NCBI GenBank assembly: GCA_029580855.1
Contig: JAKPQH010000028.1
Span: 30,940 to 94,939, forward strand
Direction of reading: 5' to 3'
Length of the DNA stretch: 64,000 bases
Source of the DNA: a bacterium
GTDB lineage: Bacteria; Methylomirabilota; Methylomirabilia; Methylomirabilales; 2-02-FULL-66-22
Below the pieces are notes generated by a model. It was not told the origin of the DNA. It did no database searches and saw only the letters and a program-made list of their open reading frames with translations. Made by a program: the position numbers and the translations under genes. Shown here piece after piece: positions 51,175 through 61,417 of the stretch. Numbering within the stretch: the stretch's first letter is position 1; each line of letters opens with the position of its first letter.

Positions 51175-52657
51175 CTACGTCGAAACGCCCGATGCCTCGG
51201 TCAATTTTCTCGTCAATCACTGGCTGCTTTACCAGATCCTCTCCTCGCGCTTCTGGGGGCGCGCCGGCTTTTACCAGTCCGGCGGCGCCTACGGTTTCCG
51301 CGACCAGTTGCAGGACTCCCTGGCTTTCCTCTGCGAATGCCCGTGGCTGACCCGTGAGCACCTGCTACTCAGCGCCTCCCGCCAGTTTGAGGAGGGCGAT
51401 GTGCAGCACTGGTGGCATCCGCCCATCGGCCGCGGCGTGCGTACCCGCATCTCCGACGACCTGCTGTGGTTGCCCCTGGCCCTGTGCCGCTATGTCGCCG
51501 TCACCGGTGACACCGGCGTCCTCGACGAAAACCGCCCCTTCCTCGACGCCCGGCCTCCCGCGGAGAACGAGGAAACCGTCTACGATCTGCCCCGGGTCAC
51601 CGAGGAGATCGCCTCGCTTTACGAACACGCCGCGCGCGCCATCCGCCGTGCCCTGCGCTTCGGAACCCACGGACTGCCCCTGATCGGCTCCGGTGACTGG
51701 AACGACGGCATGAACCGCGTCGGCCGCCAAGGGCAGGGCGAAAGCGTCTGGTTGGGCTTCTTTCTGCTTCAGGTCCTGCGCGAGTTCGGCCCGCTCGCTG
51801 CCCGCCACGGCGACAAACCGTTCGCCGCCGCTTGTGAGCAAGAAGCGCAAAAGCTGGCGGCCCGCATCGACCGGCATGCCTGGGACGGCCAATGGTATCT
51901 GCGCGCTTTCTTCGACGATGGAACCCCGCTGGGCTCCGCCCAAAACCCCGAATGTCAAATCGATTCTATCCCGCAAAGCTGGGCCGTGCTGGGAGGCGCC
52001 ACCGATCCCCAGCGCGCCCGCACCGCGATGCAATCAGTCCTAGACCGCCTCGTGGATCACGAGCATCGCCTCGTCCGGCTCTTCGATCCGCCCTTTGACA
52101 GCGCACCCTGGGATCCCGGCTATATCAAGGGGTATCTCCCCGGTGTGCGCGAAAACGGCGGACAGTACACCCATGCCGCGGTGTGGACCGCCATGGCCTT
52201 TGCCGCCCTCAGACAGGGCGACGTCGCCTGGGAAATCTTCCAGTACCTCAATCCCGTCCGCCACGGCGACACCCCGGAGCACGTCACGACCTACAAATTG
52301 GAACCATACGTCCTCGCTGCCGATCTCTACACGATCAAGGGCCGCGAAGGCGAAGGCGGCTGGAGCTGGTACACGGGCTCCGCCGGCTGGCTCTACCGAC
52401 TGCTTGTCGAAAACCTCCTCGGCATACGCTTGGAAACCGATGTCCTCTCCTTCAACCCTCTCCTCCCCGCCGACTGGACGGGGTACAAGCTCACCTACCG
52501 CTACCGCAATACCTTCTACCACATCCAGTTTCAAAAAATGGGCGATGCGACGTGGAATGTCCGGCGGGTTTGGGTGGACGGCGCCGAGCAGCCCGATCGG
52601 AAAATCCACCTCGTGGACGACGGCCGCAAACGCCATGCCCTCGTCGAGCTCGGTTAA
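51160..52657 (+). pseudogene. 3' fragment of a GH94-type glycosyl phosphorylase / cyclic beta-1,2-glucan synthase-like gene
   Basis: From GGIYVETPD onward, the translation is a continuous C-terminal (alpha/alpha)6 catalytic region: [42 protein letters not shown]. No matching N-terminal part lies upstream, where recombinase DNA is found instead. Confidence 0.65.
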
Positions 52658-52973
52658 GATCTTTTCGGCGACTCGCTGCTACGGCCGAGGCGCGCAGCGC
52701 TCAGCGTCCCGCTTCAGACCGTCCTGCGCTGCAGAGCCGATCTGCACGCTGGCGTGTGGTCTCCGGACACTGCAGGTCCCTGGCGTCTGTGGCGCTGACA
52801 CCGACTTGAAGCATGCCGTCTTTCGGCGCACGAGACACACGCGACGTTGAACCGGAGCCGCCCTCCGGGTTTGGGTCAACGCCCGGCGGCATTGGCCGCG
52901 ACCGCGGGCGATGCGCCGGGCCGATTCGGTCCGTTCCGATAGTCGGCCTCGGCCCTGTTCATTCCCCGCAGAG

Positions 52974-53558
52974 CTATTTCTTGATCAAACCCATGAGGCC
53001 GCGCCGTACGAGACTCACGCCGAAGGCGGCGAGCAGAAGGTTCGCGACCTTGGCGATCACCTCGGAGCCCGCCGGGCCAAACACCCGGCCCACCTTATCC
53101 GCATGCAGCAGGACCAGGAAGGCCAGCGTCATGTTCGCGGCCAGGGCGATGAGCGTGACCGGGTACCCGTAATTGTGGACCAGGAGGGCCAGCGTCGCCA
53201 GCGCAGCCGGGCCGACGAGGAGCGGCGTTCCGAGCGGAACGGCCCCGACCGTCCGTGCGACCGCCGGCGTGTCCCGGCCGGACGATAGGAGGTCGTGAAT
53301 CGACAGGACGAGAAGCAGGATGCCGCCGGCCACCTGGAAGTCCGCGACGGTGATCCCCAGGACGCGGAACACCACGTTTCCAACCAGCAGGAAACCCAAA
53401 CCGACGGCCGTGGCCGTGAGGGTGGACTGGCGCGGCAGGCGCCGCCGCGCCTCCGACGACAACCCGCCGGTCAAGCCGAGGTAGAGGGGTATCACGCCAA
53501 GGATGTCCACCGCCACGAAGAGCGCCACGAAGGCCAACACGAAGTCCCACATGGTCAC
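52974..53558 (-). CDS. MarC-family (UPF0056) integral membrane protein
   Basis: The 194-aa ORF has six hydrophobic segments and the blocks FVAVDILGVIPLYL and AVPLGTPLLVGPAALAT. Confidence 0.8.
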   Translation of the reverse strand: MTMWDFVLAFVALFVAVDILGVIPLYLGLTGGLSSEARRRLPRQSTLTATAVGLGFLLVGNVVFRVLGITVADFQVAGGILLLVLSIHDLLSSGRDTPAVARTVGAVPLGTPLLVGPAALATLALLVHNYGYPVTLIALAANMTLAFLVLLHADKVGRVFGPAGSEVIAKVANLLLAAFGVSLVRRGLMGLIKK

Positions 53559-53647
53559 GCGTCCTTTGCCTCGTTACGATGCGGACGACCGACCCGCTCC
53601 GTGCAGCCCGGACCGTCGGGGTCGCGGGGCCGGCCCGCGGCGCGTCG

Positions 53648-53974
53648 TCACTGCATCGGCGAATATGCGGTGGGACGGAGAATGTGCGCCGTGAGCCGGC
53701 GGACCAACGGGCCGTTCTTCTCGGTCTCCGCGAACTGCGCCAAGCGCTCTTGGTCTGTCAGAAAGGCGCCCCACTTCTTCTCCCGGTCCGCGAGACTCTC
53801 GTACGCCAGGATGTACAGCAGTTGATCGTTGGGCCCGCCGATCTCGTTGGTCCAGAAACCGACGACCTGGATGCCGTGCTTCTTGAAATACCCCAGGGTG
53901 ATCTCGGAAAACCGTTTGTGCAGATCGGGAAGACGTCCGGGCATGGCGGAATACGTGCGGAGTTCGTAGAGCAT
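53648..53974 (-). CDS. NIPSNAP-family protein
   Basis: The ATG at 53972-53974 follows AGGAGG. The 108-aa product reads MLYELRTYSAMPGRLPDLHKRF...VGFWTNEIGGPNDQLLYILAYESLADRE. Confidence 0.8.
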   Translation of the reverse strand: MLYELRTYSAMPGRLPDLHKRFSEITLGYFKKHGIQVVGFWTNEIGGPNDQLLYILAYESLADREKKWGAFLTDQERLAQFAETEKNGPLVRRLTAHILRPTAYSPMQ

Positions 53975-54417
53975 GGCCTGACCTCCTGTGCGAGCGTTGG
54001 ATGTCCGTATCGATGGCACCGACGGGGTCGGGGGGGCGTGGCGCCCGCGCGCCCAACGGCACGTCGCGTATGCTATCACAGATTCCGCTTCTTCGCGCAA
54101 GGCGCGCGCCCTGCTGTCGCCCCCGCCCGACGCTCCATCTGCCCGCACACCGTGTCCGGTCCACCGGCGGGAGTGCCCGACGGTTCGCGATCGGCGCCCC
54201 GGTCCAACGCATGGAGGGCTCGTTCACTCCACCGGATGCGTTGTCGTGGTATACTCCCGCAAGCCACGTGCGAGCCGTCGTATTCGCGATCCACATTCCT
54301 TTGGCCACGCGGTCAGGCCCGGGTGCCTCCTGGCGGCGCCTCATCCACCTATCGTCGTACCGCCGAACGGCGGAACCAGTCACAGCCAGAACGCCTCGAG
54401 CGGCGTGGGGGTACACC

Positions 54418-56271
54418 ATGGAACAGAATCAGCGGCGATTTTCCATCTGGTACTTCGTGGCGGCGTTCTTGGTCCTGCTGGCTCTCGAAAACTTTCTCCT
54501 GGGCGCCATCACCGAGAATCTGACGTACAACGAGTTCAAGGGACTGCTGAAGGCGGGAAAGATCGTCGAGGTGACGCTCACGGACAAGATCATCACCGGC
54601 CGGCTGAGACAGGAGGGACTGGAAGGGCTCCTGCCGAAAGAAAAGCTCTCGGAGATCCAGCGCTTTGGGTCCGGTGAGCAGCGGTTCGTCGTGGTCCGTG
54701 TGGATGACCCGCAGCTGGTCCCAGAACTGGAGGCGGCGAAGGTCAAGTTCGCCGGTCGGCTCGAGAACACGTGGGTCTCAACCCTCCTCTCCTGGGTATT
54801 GCCGGCCCTCATCTTTGTCGGGATCTGGATGTTCTTCATGAAACGGATGGGGGCGGCCAGCGGGCTGGTCTCGCTGGGCAAGAGCAAAGCCAAGGTGTAC
54901 ATGGAAAAACAAACGGGGGTCACGTTCGGCGATGTGGCGGGGATCGACGAGGCGCGCAGCGAACTGATGGAGATTGTGGACTTTCTGAAGACGCCGGACC
55001 GCTACAAGCGGCTGGGCGGCAAGATTCCCAAAGGGGTGCTCTTGGCTGGGGCGCCCGGAACCGGAAAGACGCTTCTGGCCAAGGCCGTGGCGGGCGAGGC
55101 GGGCGTGCCATTTTTCAGCATGAGCGGTTCCGAGTTTGTGGAGATGTTCGTCGGGATGGGTGCCGCCCGCGTGCGGGATCTCTTTGCGCAGGCCCAGCAG
55201 AAGGCCCCCTGCATCATCTTCATCGACGAACTGGACGCCCTGGGCAAGGCCCGCGGGATCAACCCGATCGGGGGGCACGACGAGCGGGAGCAAACGCTGA
55301 ACCAGCTCCTGGTGGAGATGGACGGGTTCGAAGCGAACAAAGGTGTGATCATCATGGCGGCGACGAACCGGCCCGAGATTCTTGATCCGGCCCTGCTTCG
55401 CCCCGGGCGCTTCGACCGACAGGTGGTCCTGGATCGGCCCGATCTCAAGGGGCGCGAGAAGATCCTGCAGGTTCACACCAAAAACGTGTCCGTGGCGCCG
55501 GACGTGAACCTGGCGGAGATCGCCGCCCGGACGCCGGGGTTTGTGGGCGCCGACCTGGCCAACCTCGTCAACGAGGCGGCGCTGCGGGCTGCGCGGCGCG
55601 GCAGCGAGCGGGTGAACATGAACGACTTCGACGAGGCGACGGAGCGGATCGTAGCCGGGCTGGAACGAAAGAGTCGGGTCATGAATCCGCTGGAGAAAGA
55701 GACCGTCGCGTACCACGAAGCGGGCCACGCCCTGGTCGCGGAATCCCGGCCCAACGCCGATCGGGTGAGCAAGGTGTCCATCATCCCACGGGGCGTCGCC
55801 GCGCTGGGGTATACCTTGCAGACCCCCACGGAGGACCGCTACCTCATGCGGCGGGCGGAGCTTCTGGACCGGATCGATGTGATGCTCGGTGGCCGCGTGG
55901 CCGAGGAGATCGTTTTCGGCGATATCTCCACCGGGGCGCAGAACGACCTGCAGCGCGCGACGGATCTGGCGCGCCACATGGTGACGCAGTACGGGATGAG
56001 CGAGACACTGGGCCTGGTCACCTTCGAGGAGCCCCGCACCAACCCCTTCTTGAACGTCGCCGGCACCGCGGCGGGCCGCGAGTACAGCGAGAAGACCGCG
56101 CAGACGATCGACGATGAAATCCGCGCCATCGTGAGGGACGCCCGGGAGCGGGCGCGCGATACGCTGACCAAGCGCCGCACCGCCCTGGACGCCTTGGCGA
56201 AGGTGCTCCTGGAGAAAGAGGTCATCGACCGCCAGGGCCTGGACGCGCTTCTGGCGCAGCACCCGGCGTGA
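54418..56271 (+). CDS. ftsH: ATP-dependent zinc metalloprotease FtsH
   Basis: The ATG at 54418 ([21 protein letters not shown]) gives 617 aa. It has Walker A GAPGTGKT, Walker B IIFIDELD, the SRH motif and the zinc site HEAGHAL. The 756-aa ORF in the track is an upstream open extension. Confidence 0.95.
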   Translation: MEQNQRRFSIWYFVAAFLVLLALENFLLGAITENLTYNEFKGLLKAGKIVEVTLTDKIITGRLRQEGLEGLLPKEKLSEIQRFGSGEQRFVVVRVDDPQLVPELEAAKVKFAGRLENTWVSTLLSWVLPALIFVGIWMFFMKRMGAASGLVSLGKSKAKVYMEKQTGVTFGDVAGIDEARSELMEIVDFLKTPDRYKRLGGKIPKGVLLAGAPGTGKTLLAKAVAGEAGVPFFSMSGSEFVEMFVGMGAARVRDLFAQAQQKAPCIIFIDELDALGKARGINPIGGHDEREQTLNQLLVEMDGFEANKGVIIMAATNRPEILDPALLRPGRFDRQVVLDRPDLKGREKILQVHTKNVSVAPDVNLAEIAARTPGFVGADLANLVNEAALRAARRGSERVNMNDFDEATERIVAGLERKSRVMNPLEKETVAYHEAGHALVAESRPNADRVSKVSIIPRGVAALGYTLQTPTEDRYLMRRAELLDRIDVMLGGRVAEEIVFGDISTGAQNDLQRATDLARHMVTQYGMSETLGLVTFEEPRTNPFLNVAGTAAGREYSEKTAQTIDDEIRAIVRDARERARDTLTKRRTALDALAKVLLEKEVIDRQGLDALLAQHPA

Positions 56272-56502
56272 TGCCGGACACCTGGCCATAAGCGACGCAA
56301 GCGGCCGGAGGGCAGCGACCACAGGGGACAAGGCACGCGCGCCGTCGAGCGGATCTACGCGAAGAAGTAGATCCAATCCGAAGAAATATGGACAACACTT
56401 TACAGTTGTGCCAGGCGAGCGAGAAGCCGGGGGAGATTGCAGGAAACTTGTCGCGGGCCGACGCCGCTTCGCGGAGTGCGCGACACCAGAATGAAATGCA
56501 TT

Positions 56503-56520
56503 ATAGAAATCCATTTCTAT
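56503..56520. promoter_or_regulatory. palindrome ATAGAAAT-CC-ATTTCTAT in an AT-rich patch upstream of hsdR (candidate operator)
   Basis: Perfect 8-bp arms read directly from the sequence. It lies about 260 nt upstream of the hsdR ATG, where GC content drops at the island border. Confidence 0.25.
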
Positions 56521-56781
56521 TTTGCATGCACCATTCCGATGCGAGGCAGTGCCCTCGGTAGCCATGCGGCCCGCCTTGGGCCGCTTTTACTTGAAGCGGT
56601 CCGCACCATTTGATATAAGCAGCAACACTTGTGGGTACGTCCGAACACCACGGGAGGCGAACCTTCCGGTTCTCGTCTGGAGGGAGCCAAGGATGTCAAC
56701 AGCGCCGATTCTCGCTTGAGTGTCGGCCAACGATTGAGGATATGACGGGTCGGTCCAGAATTCCAGACTAGGTGCCGCACA

Positions 56782-59127
56782 ATGCTGACCGAGGCCGATA
56801 CCTGCCGGAAGTACGTCCTGCCCGCGCTCTACGCGGCCGGCTGGAACGACGACCAGATCAGCGAGCAGAAGTCGTTCACGGACGGTCGGATCATCGCGGC
56901 AGGCGCCGCGGCTCGCCGTGGGCCGCAGAAACGGGCCGATTATCTCCTCCGGTATCGCTCCAACCTGATGCTGGCCGTCGTCGAAGCCAAGGCGTCCTAC
57001 AAGAAATCCCGCGATGGGCTGCAGCAGGCCAAGGATTACGCCCAAGTCCTCGACCTCCAGTTCGCCTACGCGACGAACGGCCACGGGATCGTGGAGCACG
57101 ACTTCCTCACCGGCCGAGAGACCGATCTCGGCGCGTTTCCGTCGCCGGACGAGCTGTGGGCCCGGCTGCAGGCGCACCTGGGGCTGAAACGGCCGGAAGA
57201 CCAGAAGCGCTTCCTCACGCCCAACGCGTCCGTGCCCGGCAAGACCCCGCGCTACTATCAAGAGATCGCCATCAACCGGACGATCCAGGCGTTGCTCCAG
57301 GGGCGGCGGCGCGTCCTCTTGACCATGGCCACCGGCACCGGGAAGACCGATGTCGCGTTCCACATCTGCTGGCGGCTGTGGAGCGCCCGCTGGAATCGCA
57401 CCGGCGAGGCGCGGCGGCCCCGCATCCTGTACCTGTCGGACCGCTCGATCCTGGTGGACGACCCCAAGGACAAGCAGTTCGCCCCCTTCGGCGACGCCCG
57501 CTGGAAGATCGAGGGCGAGGCGATCAAGAGCCGCGAGATGTACTTCGCGACCTACCAGGCCATCGCCAAGGACGAGCGGCGGCCCGGCCTCTACCGGGAG
57601 TACGCGCCCGGGTTCTTCGACCTGGTCATCGTGGATGAATGCCATCGCGGCAGCGCCCGGGACGAGAGCAACTGGCGGGAGATCCTGGAGTACTTCCACC
57701 CGGCGTACCAGCTCGGCATGACGGCCACGCCGCTTCGGGAGGACAACCGGGACACCTATCGGTACTTCGGCGACCCGGTGTACATGTACAGCCTGCGCCA
57801 GGGGATCGAGGACGGGTTCCTCGCGCCGTACCGCGTCCACCGGATCGTCACCGATGTGGATGCGACGGGCTGGCGGCCCTCCAAGGACGAACTGGACCGG
57901 TACGGTCGGCCCATCCCGGACGAGGAGTACCAGACCCCTGACTTCGAGAAGGTCGTTGCGCTGCGCGCGCGCACCCAGGCCATCGCGAAGAACCTCACCG
58001 ACTTCCTGCGGAAGAGCAACCCCTTCGACAAGACCATCGTCTTCTGCGTGGACCAGGAGCACGCCGACGAGATGCGGCAGGCCATCAACAATCTGTCCGC
58101 GGACCTCGTCCGAGAGCGCCCCGACTACGTCGTGCGTATCGTGGCCGACGAGGGAGAGATCGGCCGCGGGCGCCTCAGTCGCTTCCAGGAGCTGGAGACG
58201 ATGACCCCCGCGGTCGTGACGACCTCGAAGCTCCTCACGACCGGCGTGGACGTCCAGACCTGCAAGAACATCGCGATCGCCCGGATGGTCAACTCCATGA
58301 CGGAGTTCAAGCAGATCATCGGCCGCGGCAGCCGGGTCCGCGCGGATTACGGGAAGCTGTGGTTCTCGATCCTCGATTACACGGGCAGCGCGACGCGGCT
58401 CTTTGCCGATCCCGACTTCGACGGCGATCCGGTCGAGCCGCCGACGGAAGGTCCGATTGACCAGCCGGTCCCGCCGCCGCAAACCCCGCCCGACGTGGAG
58501 CCGCCCGGGCCGCCCGACGGCCCGCCTCCGGATACGCCGCCGCCGCAGGCCCGCAAGTACTACGTGGACGGCGGCATCGTGGCAATCGCCGCCCACGTCG
58601 TCTACGAGCTGGACCTCAGCGGCAAGAGGTTGCGGGCGATCAAGTACATGGACTACGCCGAGTCCCGGATCCGCGACATGTGGGCGTCGGCGGCGGAGCT
58701 GCGCTCCCGCTGGACCAGCGCCGAGGAGCGGGCGACCGTCCTCCAGGCGCTGGCGGAGCACGGCATCACGCCGGAGCAACTTGCGGAAAACACCGGGCAA
58801 CCGGACGCCGATCCCTTCGACTTGCTGTGCTACGTTGCCTACAACGCGCCCATCCGGACCCGCCGCGAGCGGGCAGAGCGGCTGCGGAAGGGCCGCGTGG
58901 ATTTCTGGGAGTATTTCCAGCCCGAGGCGCGGCAGATCCTGGGCGAGATCCTCGAGAAGTACATCGACCACGGTGTGGCCCAGCTCACGGTTCCGGAGAT
59001 TCTCAAGGTGCCGCCCATCTCGGGGCACGGCAACGTCCTGGAGATCGCCGCCAAGTTCGGCGGGCCGGAGCAGCTCCGGACCGCCGTCGCGAAAATGCAG
59101 ACCCTGCTCTACACGGAAGATGGCTAA
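56782..59127 (+). CDS. hsdR: type I restriction enzyme, R subunit
   Basis: The 781-aa ORF has an N-terminal nuclease-like region (ADYLL...VVEAKA), SF2 helicase motifs (TMATGTGKT, DECHRG, MTATP) and a Pro-rich linker. The C-terminal region resembles the EcoEI R C-terminal domain, a call made from memory. Confidence 0.9.
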   Translation: MLTEADTCRKYVLPALYAAGWNDDQISEQKSFTDGRIIAAGAAARRGPQKRADYLLRYRSNLMLAVVEAKASYKKSRDGLQQAKDYAQVLDLQFAYATNGHGIVEHDFLTGRETDLGAFPSPDELWARLQAHLGLKRPEDQKRFLTPNASVPGKTPRYYQEIAINRTIQALLQGRRRVLLTMATGTGKTDVAFHICWRLWSARWNRTGEARRPRILYLSDRSILVDDPKDKQFAPFGDARWKIEGEAIKSREMYFATYQAIAKDERRPGLYREYAPGFFDLVIVDECHRGSARDESNWREILEYFHPAYQLGMTATPLREDNRDTYRYFGDPVYMYSLRQGIEDGFLAPYRVHRIVTDVDATGWRPSKDELDRYGRPIPDEEYQTPDFEKVVALRARTQAIAKNLTDFLRKSNPFDKTIVFCVDQEHADEMRQAINNLSADLVRERPDYVVRIVADEGEIGRGRLSRFQELETMTPAVVTTSKLLTTGVDVQTCKNIAIARMVNSMTEFKQIIGRGSRVRADYGKLWFSILDYTGSATRLFADPDFDGDPVEPPTEGPIDQPVPPPQTPPDVEPPGPPDGPPPDTPPPQARKYYVDGGIVAIAAHVVYELDLSGKRLRAIKYMDYAESRIRDMWASAAELRSRWTSAEERATVLQALAEHGITPEQLAENTGQPDADPFDLLCYVAYNAPIRTRRERAERLRKGRVDFWEYFQPEARQILGEILEKYIDHGVAQLTVPEILKVPPISGHGNVLEIAAKFGGPEQLRTAVAKMQTLLYTEDG

Positions 59128-59247
59128 CCTTCCTCCGAAGATCAGTCTCTCGCCAAGACGCAAAGACCGCCAAGAAAACCCTGGCCTTTCTTTGCATCCT
59201 TTGCGGCTTTGCGAGAGCATGCTTTATCGGGGATGGGGCGAATACGC

Positions 59248-60819
59248 ATGGCGCGAACAAAGAGAACCGATACGCCGCAGACGACGGCGCAGTCGCTCGG
59301 CAGCCTGGTGAAGTCCTGCCGCGACATCATGCGGAAGGACAAGGGGCTGACGACCGACCTGGACCGCCTGCCGATGCTCACCTGGATCATGTTCCTGAAG
59401 TTCCTGGACGACATGGAAGAGATCCGCGAGGCGGAGGCGAAGCTGGAGGGGAAGCGCTTCCGGCCGGTCATCGGGGCGCCGTACCGGTGGCGGGACTGGG
59501 CGGCGAAGCCGGACGGGATCACCGGCGACGCCCTGATCGCATTCATCAACAACGAGGAGGCGACGCTGCCCGACGGGACCAAGGGCGCCGGCCTGTTCGC
59601 CCACCTGCGCTCGCTCCAGGGCTCGAACGGCGGCGACCGCCGCGACGTGGTCCGGACGGTCTTCCAGGGCACCATCAACCGGATGATCAACGGCTACCTC
59701 CTCCGGGACGTCATCAACAAGGTGAACGGCATCCACTTCACGTCCACGCAGGAGATCTTCACGCTCGGCCATCTCTACGAATCCATCCTCAAGGAGATGC
59801 GCGACGCCGCCGGCGAGAATGGCGAGTTCTACACGCCTCGCCCCGTCGTCCAGTTCATCGCCGCGGCCGTGGATCCGCGACTCGGTGAGACGGTCCTCGA
59901 TCCGGCCTGCGGGACGGGCGGATTCCTGGCGGCGGCGTTCGAGCATCTGAAGAAACAGTGCAAGACAGCCGAAGACCATCGGCACCTGCAGCGCGAGAGC
60001 CTCTTCGGGATCGAGGCCAAGCCGCTGCCGTATCTGCTGTGCCAGATGAACCTGCTCCTGCACGGGCTGGAGTACCCGAACATTGATCCGCTCAACGCGC
60101 TCCGCTTTCCGCTGCGGGAGATCGGCGAGAAGGACCGCGTGGACGTGATCCTCACGAACCCGCCCTTCGGCGGCGAGGAAGAGCGGGGCATCCAGGGGAA
60201 TTTCCCCGAGGACAAGCAAACCTCGGAGACCGCCCTCCTGTTTCTCCAGCTCATCATGCGAAAGCTGCGGCGGATGCCCAGGGCCGGTTTCCGGGCGGCG
60301 CGAGCGGCGGTCGTGGTGCCCAACGGTACACTCTTCGGCGACGGCGTCTGCGCCCGGATCAAGGAGGAGCTGCTCAGAGACTTCAACCTCCATACCATCG
60401 TCCGTCTACCCAACGGCGTGTTCTCGCCGTACACCAGCATCCCGACGAACATCTTGTTCTTCGATCGCTCCGGGCAGACCAAAGAGGTCTGGTACTACGA
60501 GCACCCACTGCCCAACGGCCGGAAAAACTACACCAAGACGCAGCCCATCCAGTTCGACGAATTCGCGCCCTGCCTGGCGTGGTGGAAGAAACGGGAAGAG
60601 AACGACCGCGCGTGGAAAGTCGGGGCAGAGGAACTCCTGGCCGGCGGGTGCAACCTGGACCGCAAGAATCCGCGAGGCAAAGAGGACATCACGCACCGGC
60701 CACCCGAGGCTCTCGTGCAGGATATCCTTGCCAAAGAGCGCCGGATCATGGACATTATGTCCGAGATCGCAGCGATGCTCGACGAAGGCAAGGTCGGGGG
60801 GAGGGATCACGATGGTTGA
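59248..60819 (+). CDS. hsdM: type I restriction-modification system, M subunit (N6-adenine methyltransferase)
   Basis: The 523-aa ORF has an HsdM N-terminal domain, the SAM motif VLDPACGTGGFL and the catalytic motif LTNPPFGG. Confidence 0.92.
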   Translation: MARTKRTDTPQTTAQSLGSLVKSCRDIMRKDKGLTTDLDRLPMLTWIMFLKFLDDMEEIREAEAKLEGKRFRPVIGAPYRWRDWAAKPDGITGDALIAFINNEEATLPDGTKGAGLFAHLRSLQGSNGGDRRDVVRTVFQGTINRMINGYLLRDVINKVNGIHFTSTQEIFTLGHLYESILKEMRDAAGENGEFYTPRPVVQFIAAAVDPRLGETVLDPACGTGGFLAAAFEHLKKQCKTAEDHRHLQRESLFGIEAKPLPYLLCQMNLLLHGLEYPNIDPLNALRFPLREIGEKDRVDVILTNPPFGGEEERGIQGNFPEDKQTSETALLFLQLIMRKLRRMPRAGFRAARAAVVVPNGTLFGDGVCARIKEELLRDFNLHTIVRLPNGVFSPYTSIPTNILFFDRSGQTKEVWYYEHPLPNGRKNYTKTQPIQFDEFAPCLAWWKKREENDRAWKVGAEELLAGGCNLDRKNPRGKEDITHRPPEALVQDILAKERRIMDIMSEIAAMLDEGKVGGRDHDG

Positions 60820-61048
60820 TTGGAGGGAGCACCTTACGAGTGACCCCCAGGTGTGCCACGGCTAACTCTGCGCAAAGGGGACGCGAGTGTTCGTGACGAA
60901 TATCCTGGATAGCTTGGCGGAGGGTGCGAGCCGAGAGGAGATCTTGCGAAGCTATCCATCTCTTCGGCCGGAACACATCGACGCAGCCATGGCGTATGCG
61001 GCGGAGCTGGCGCGCGAGGAATCCCTGCTTCCCCTGCGGACCGCATGA
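60812..61048 (+). pseudogene. DUF433 antitoxin-like gene with an in-frame TAA
   Basis: MVDWREHLTSDPQVCHG-TAA(60863-60865)-LCAKGTRVFVTNILDSLAEGASREEILRSYPSLRPEHIDAAMAYAAELA. In the intact paralog at 63646 the equivalent region reads GGKPIVKGTR. Confidence 0.65.
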
Positions 61049-61116
61049 CATTGGCGCGGGATACGAACCTCTCCGTCAAGTCGTTCACTCGAGGCAAGGC
61101 CGATAGCGTTGCTTGA
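61045..61116 (+). pseudogene. possible 23-codon remnant of a DUF5615 toxin-like gene
   Basis: The ATGA overlap with the DUF433 pseudogene mirrors the arrangement at 63876. MTLARDTNL... only faintly resembles the M.LL.DENL start of DUF5615 proteins. Confidence 0.3.
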
Positions 61117-61165
61117 AGAACAGAACTTGTTGCGAATGAGTCAAGTTTAGGCCCGGCCTTGATCC

Positions 61166-61236
61166 GTCATTCCGGCGGACGCCGGAATCCAGGAGATCTC
61201 CTTGGGACACTGGACCCCGGCTTTCGCCGGGGTGAC
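61166..61236. repeat. 71-nt nested palindromic (REP/MITE-like) element
   Basis: GTCATTCCGGCGGACGCCGGAATCCA and TGGACCCCGGCTTTCGCCGGGGTGAC are inverted relatives, and each forms its own hairpin. They sit around the central palindrome AGGAGATCTCCT (61191-61202). Confidence 0.7.
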
Positions 61237-61325
61237 GAGTTGCATGCCTTGTCGGTCTGAGGCGAAGCCCCGTTATGTCTCACCAGACGTACACGCTTCT
61301 CAGTTCTCGGGGGCCAGAGCGGTTG

Positions 61326-61417
61326 CCAGTTGTTGCATTTTTTGGCAACAACTGGAATTTCCGCAAGACTTGGAATCTAAAGCACAAACCAACTGTTGCA
61401 AAAAATGCAAGAGTTGG
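61326..61417. repeat. two related palindromic hairpins upstream of hsdS
   Basis: CCAGTTGTTGC-ATTTTTTG-GCAACAACTGG (61326-61355) is a perfect 11-bp stem. CCAACTGTTGCA-AAAAA-TGCAAGAGTTGG (61389-61417) has one mismatch. The second is similar to the reverse complement of the first. Confidence 0.7.

Noticed and set aside
44921-52700. A direct repeat of the tRNA-Asn 3' end that would mark the far attachment site of the island.
   Set aside because: I scanned by eye for GTTCGAGTCCTACCCGGGGAGCCA-like sequence downstream and found none. The island boundary therefore remains inferred from gene content and composition only.
54001-54417. Upstream extension of the FtsH frame (the ORF track starts at 54001).
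   Set aside because: The extra 139 aa are Arg/Pro/Ala-rich with no FtsH similarity. The canonical N terminus with the first TM helix begins at the ATG at 54418.
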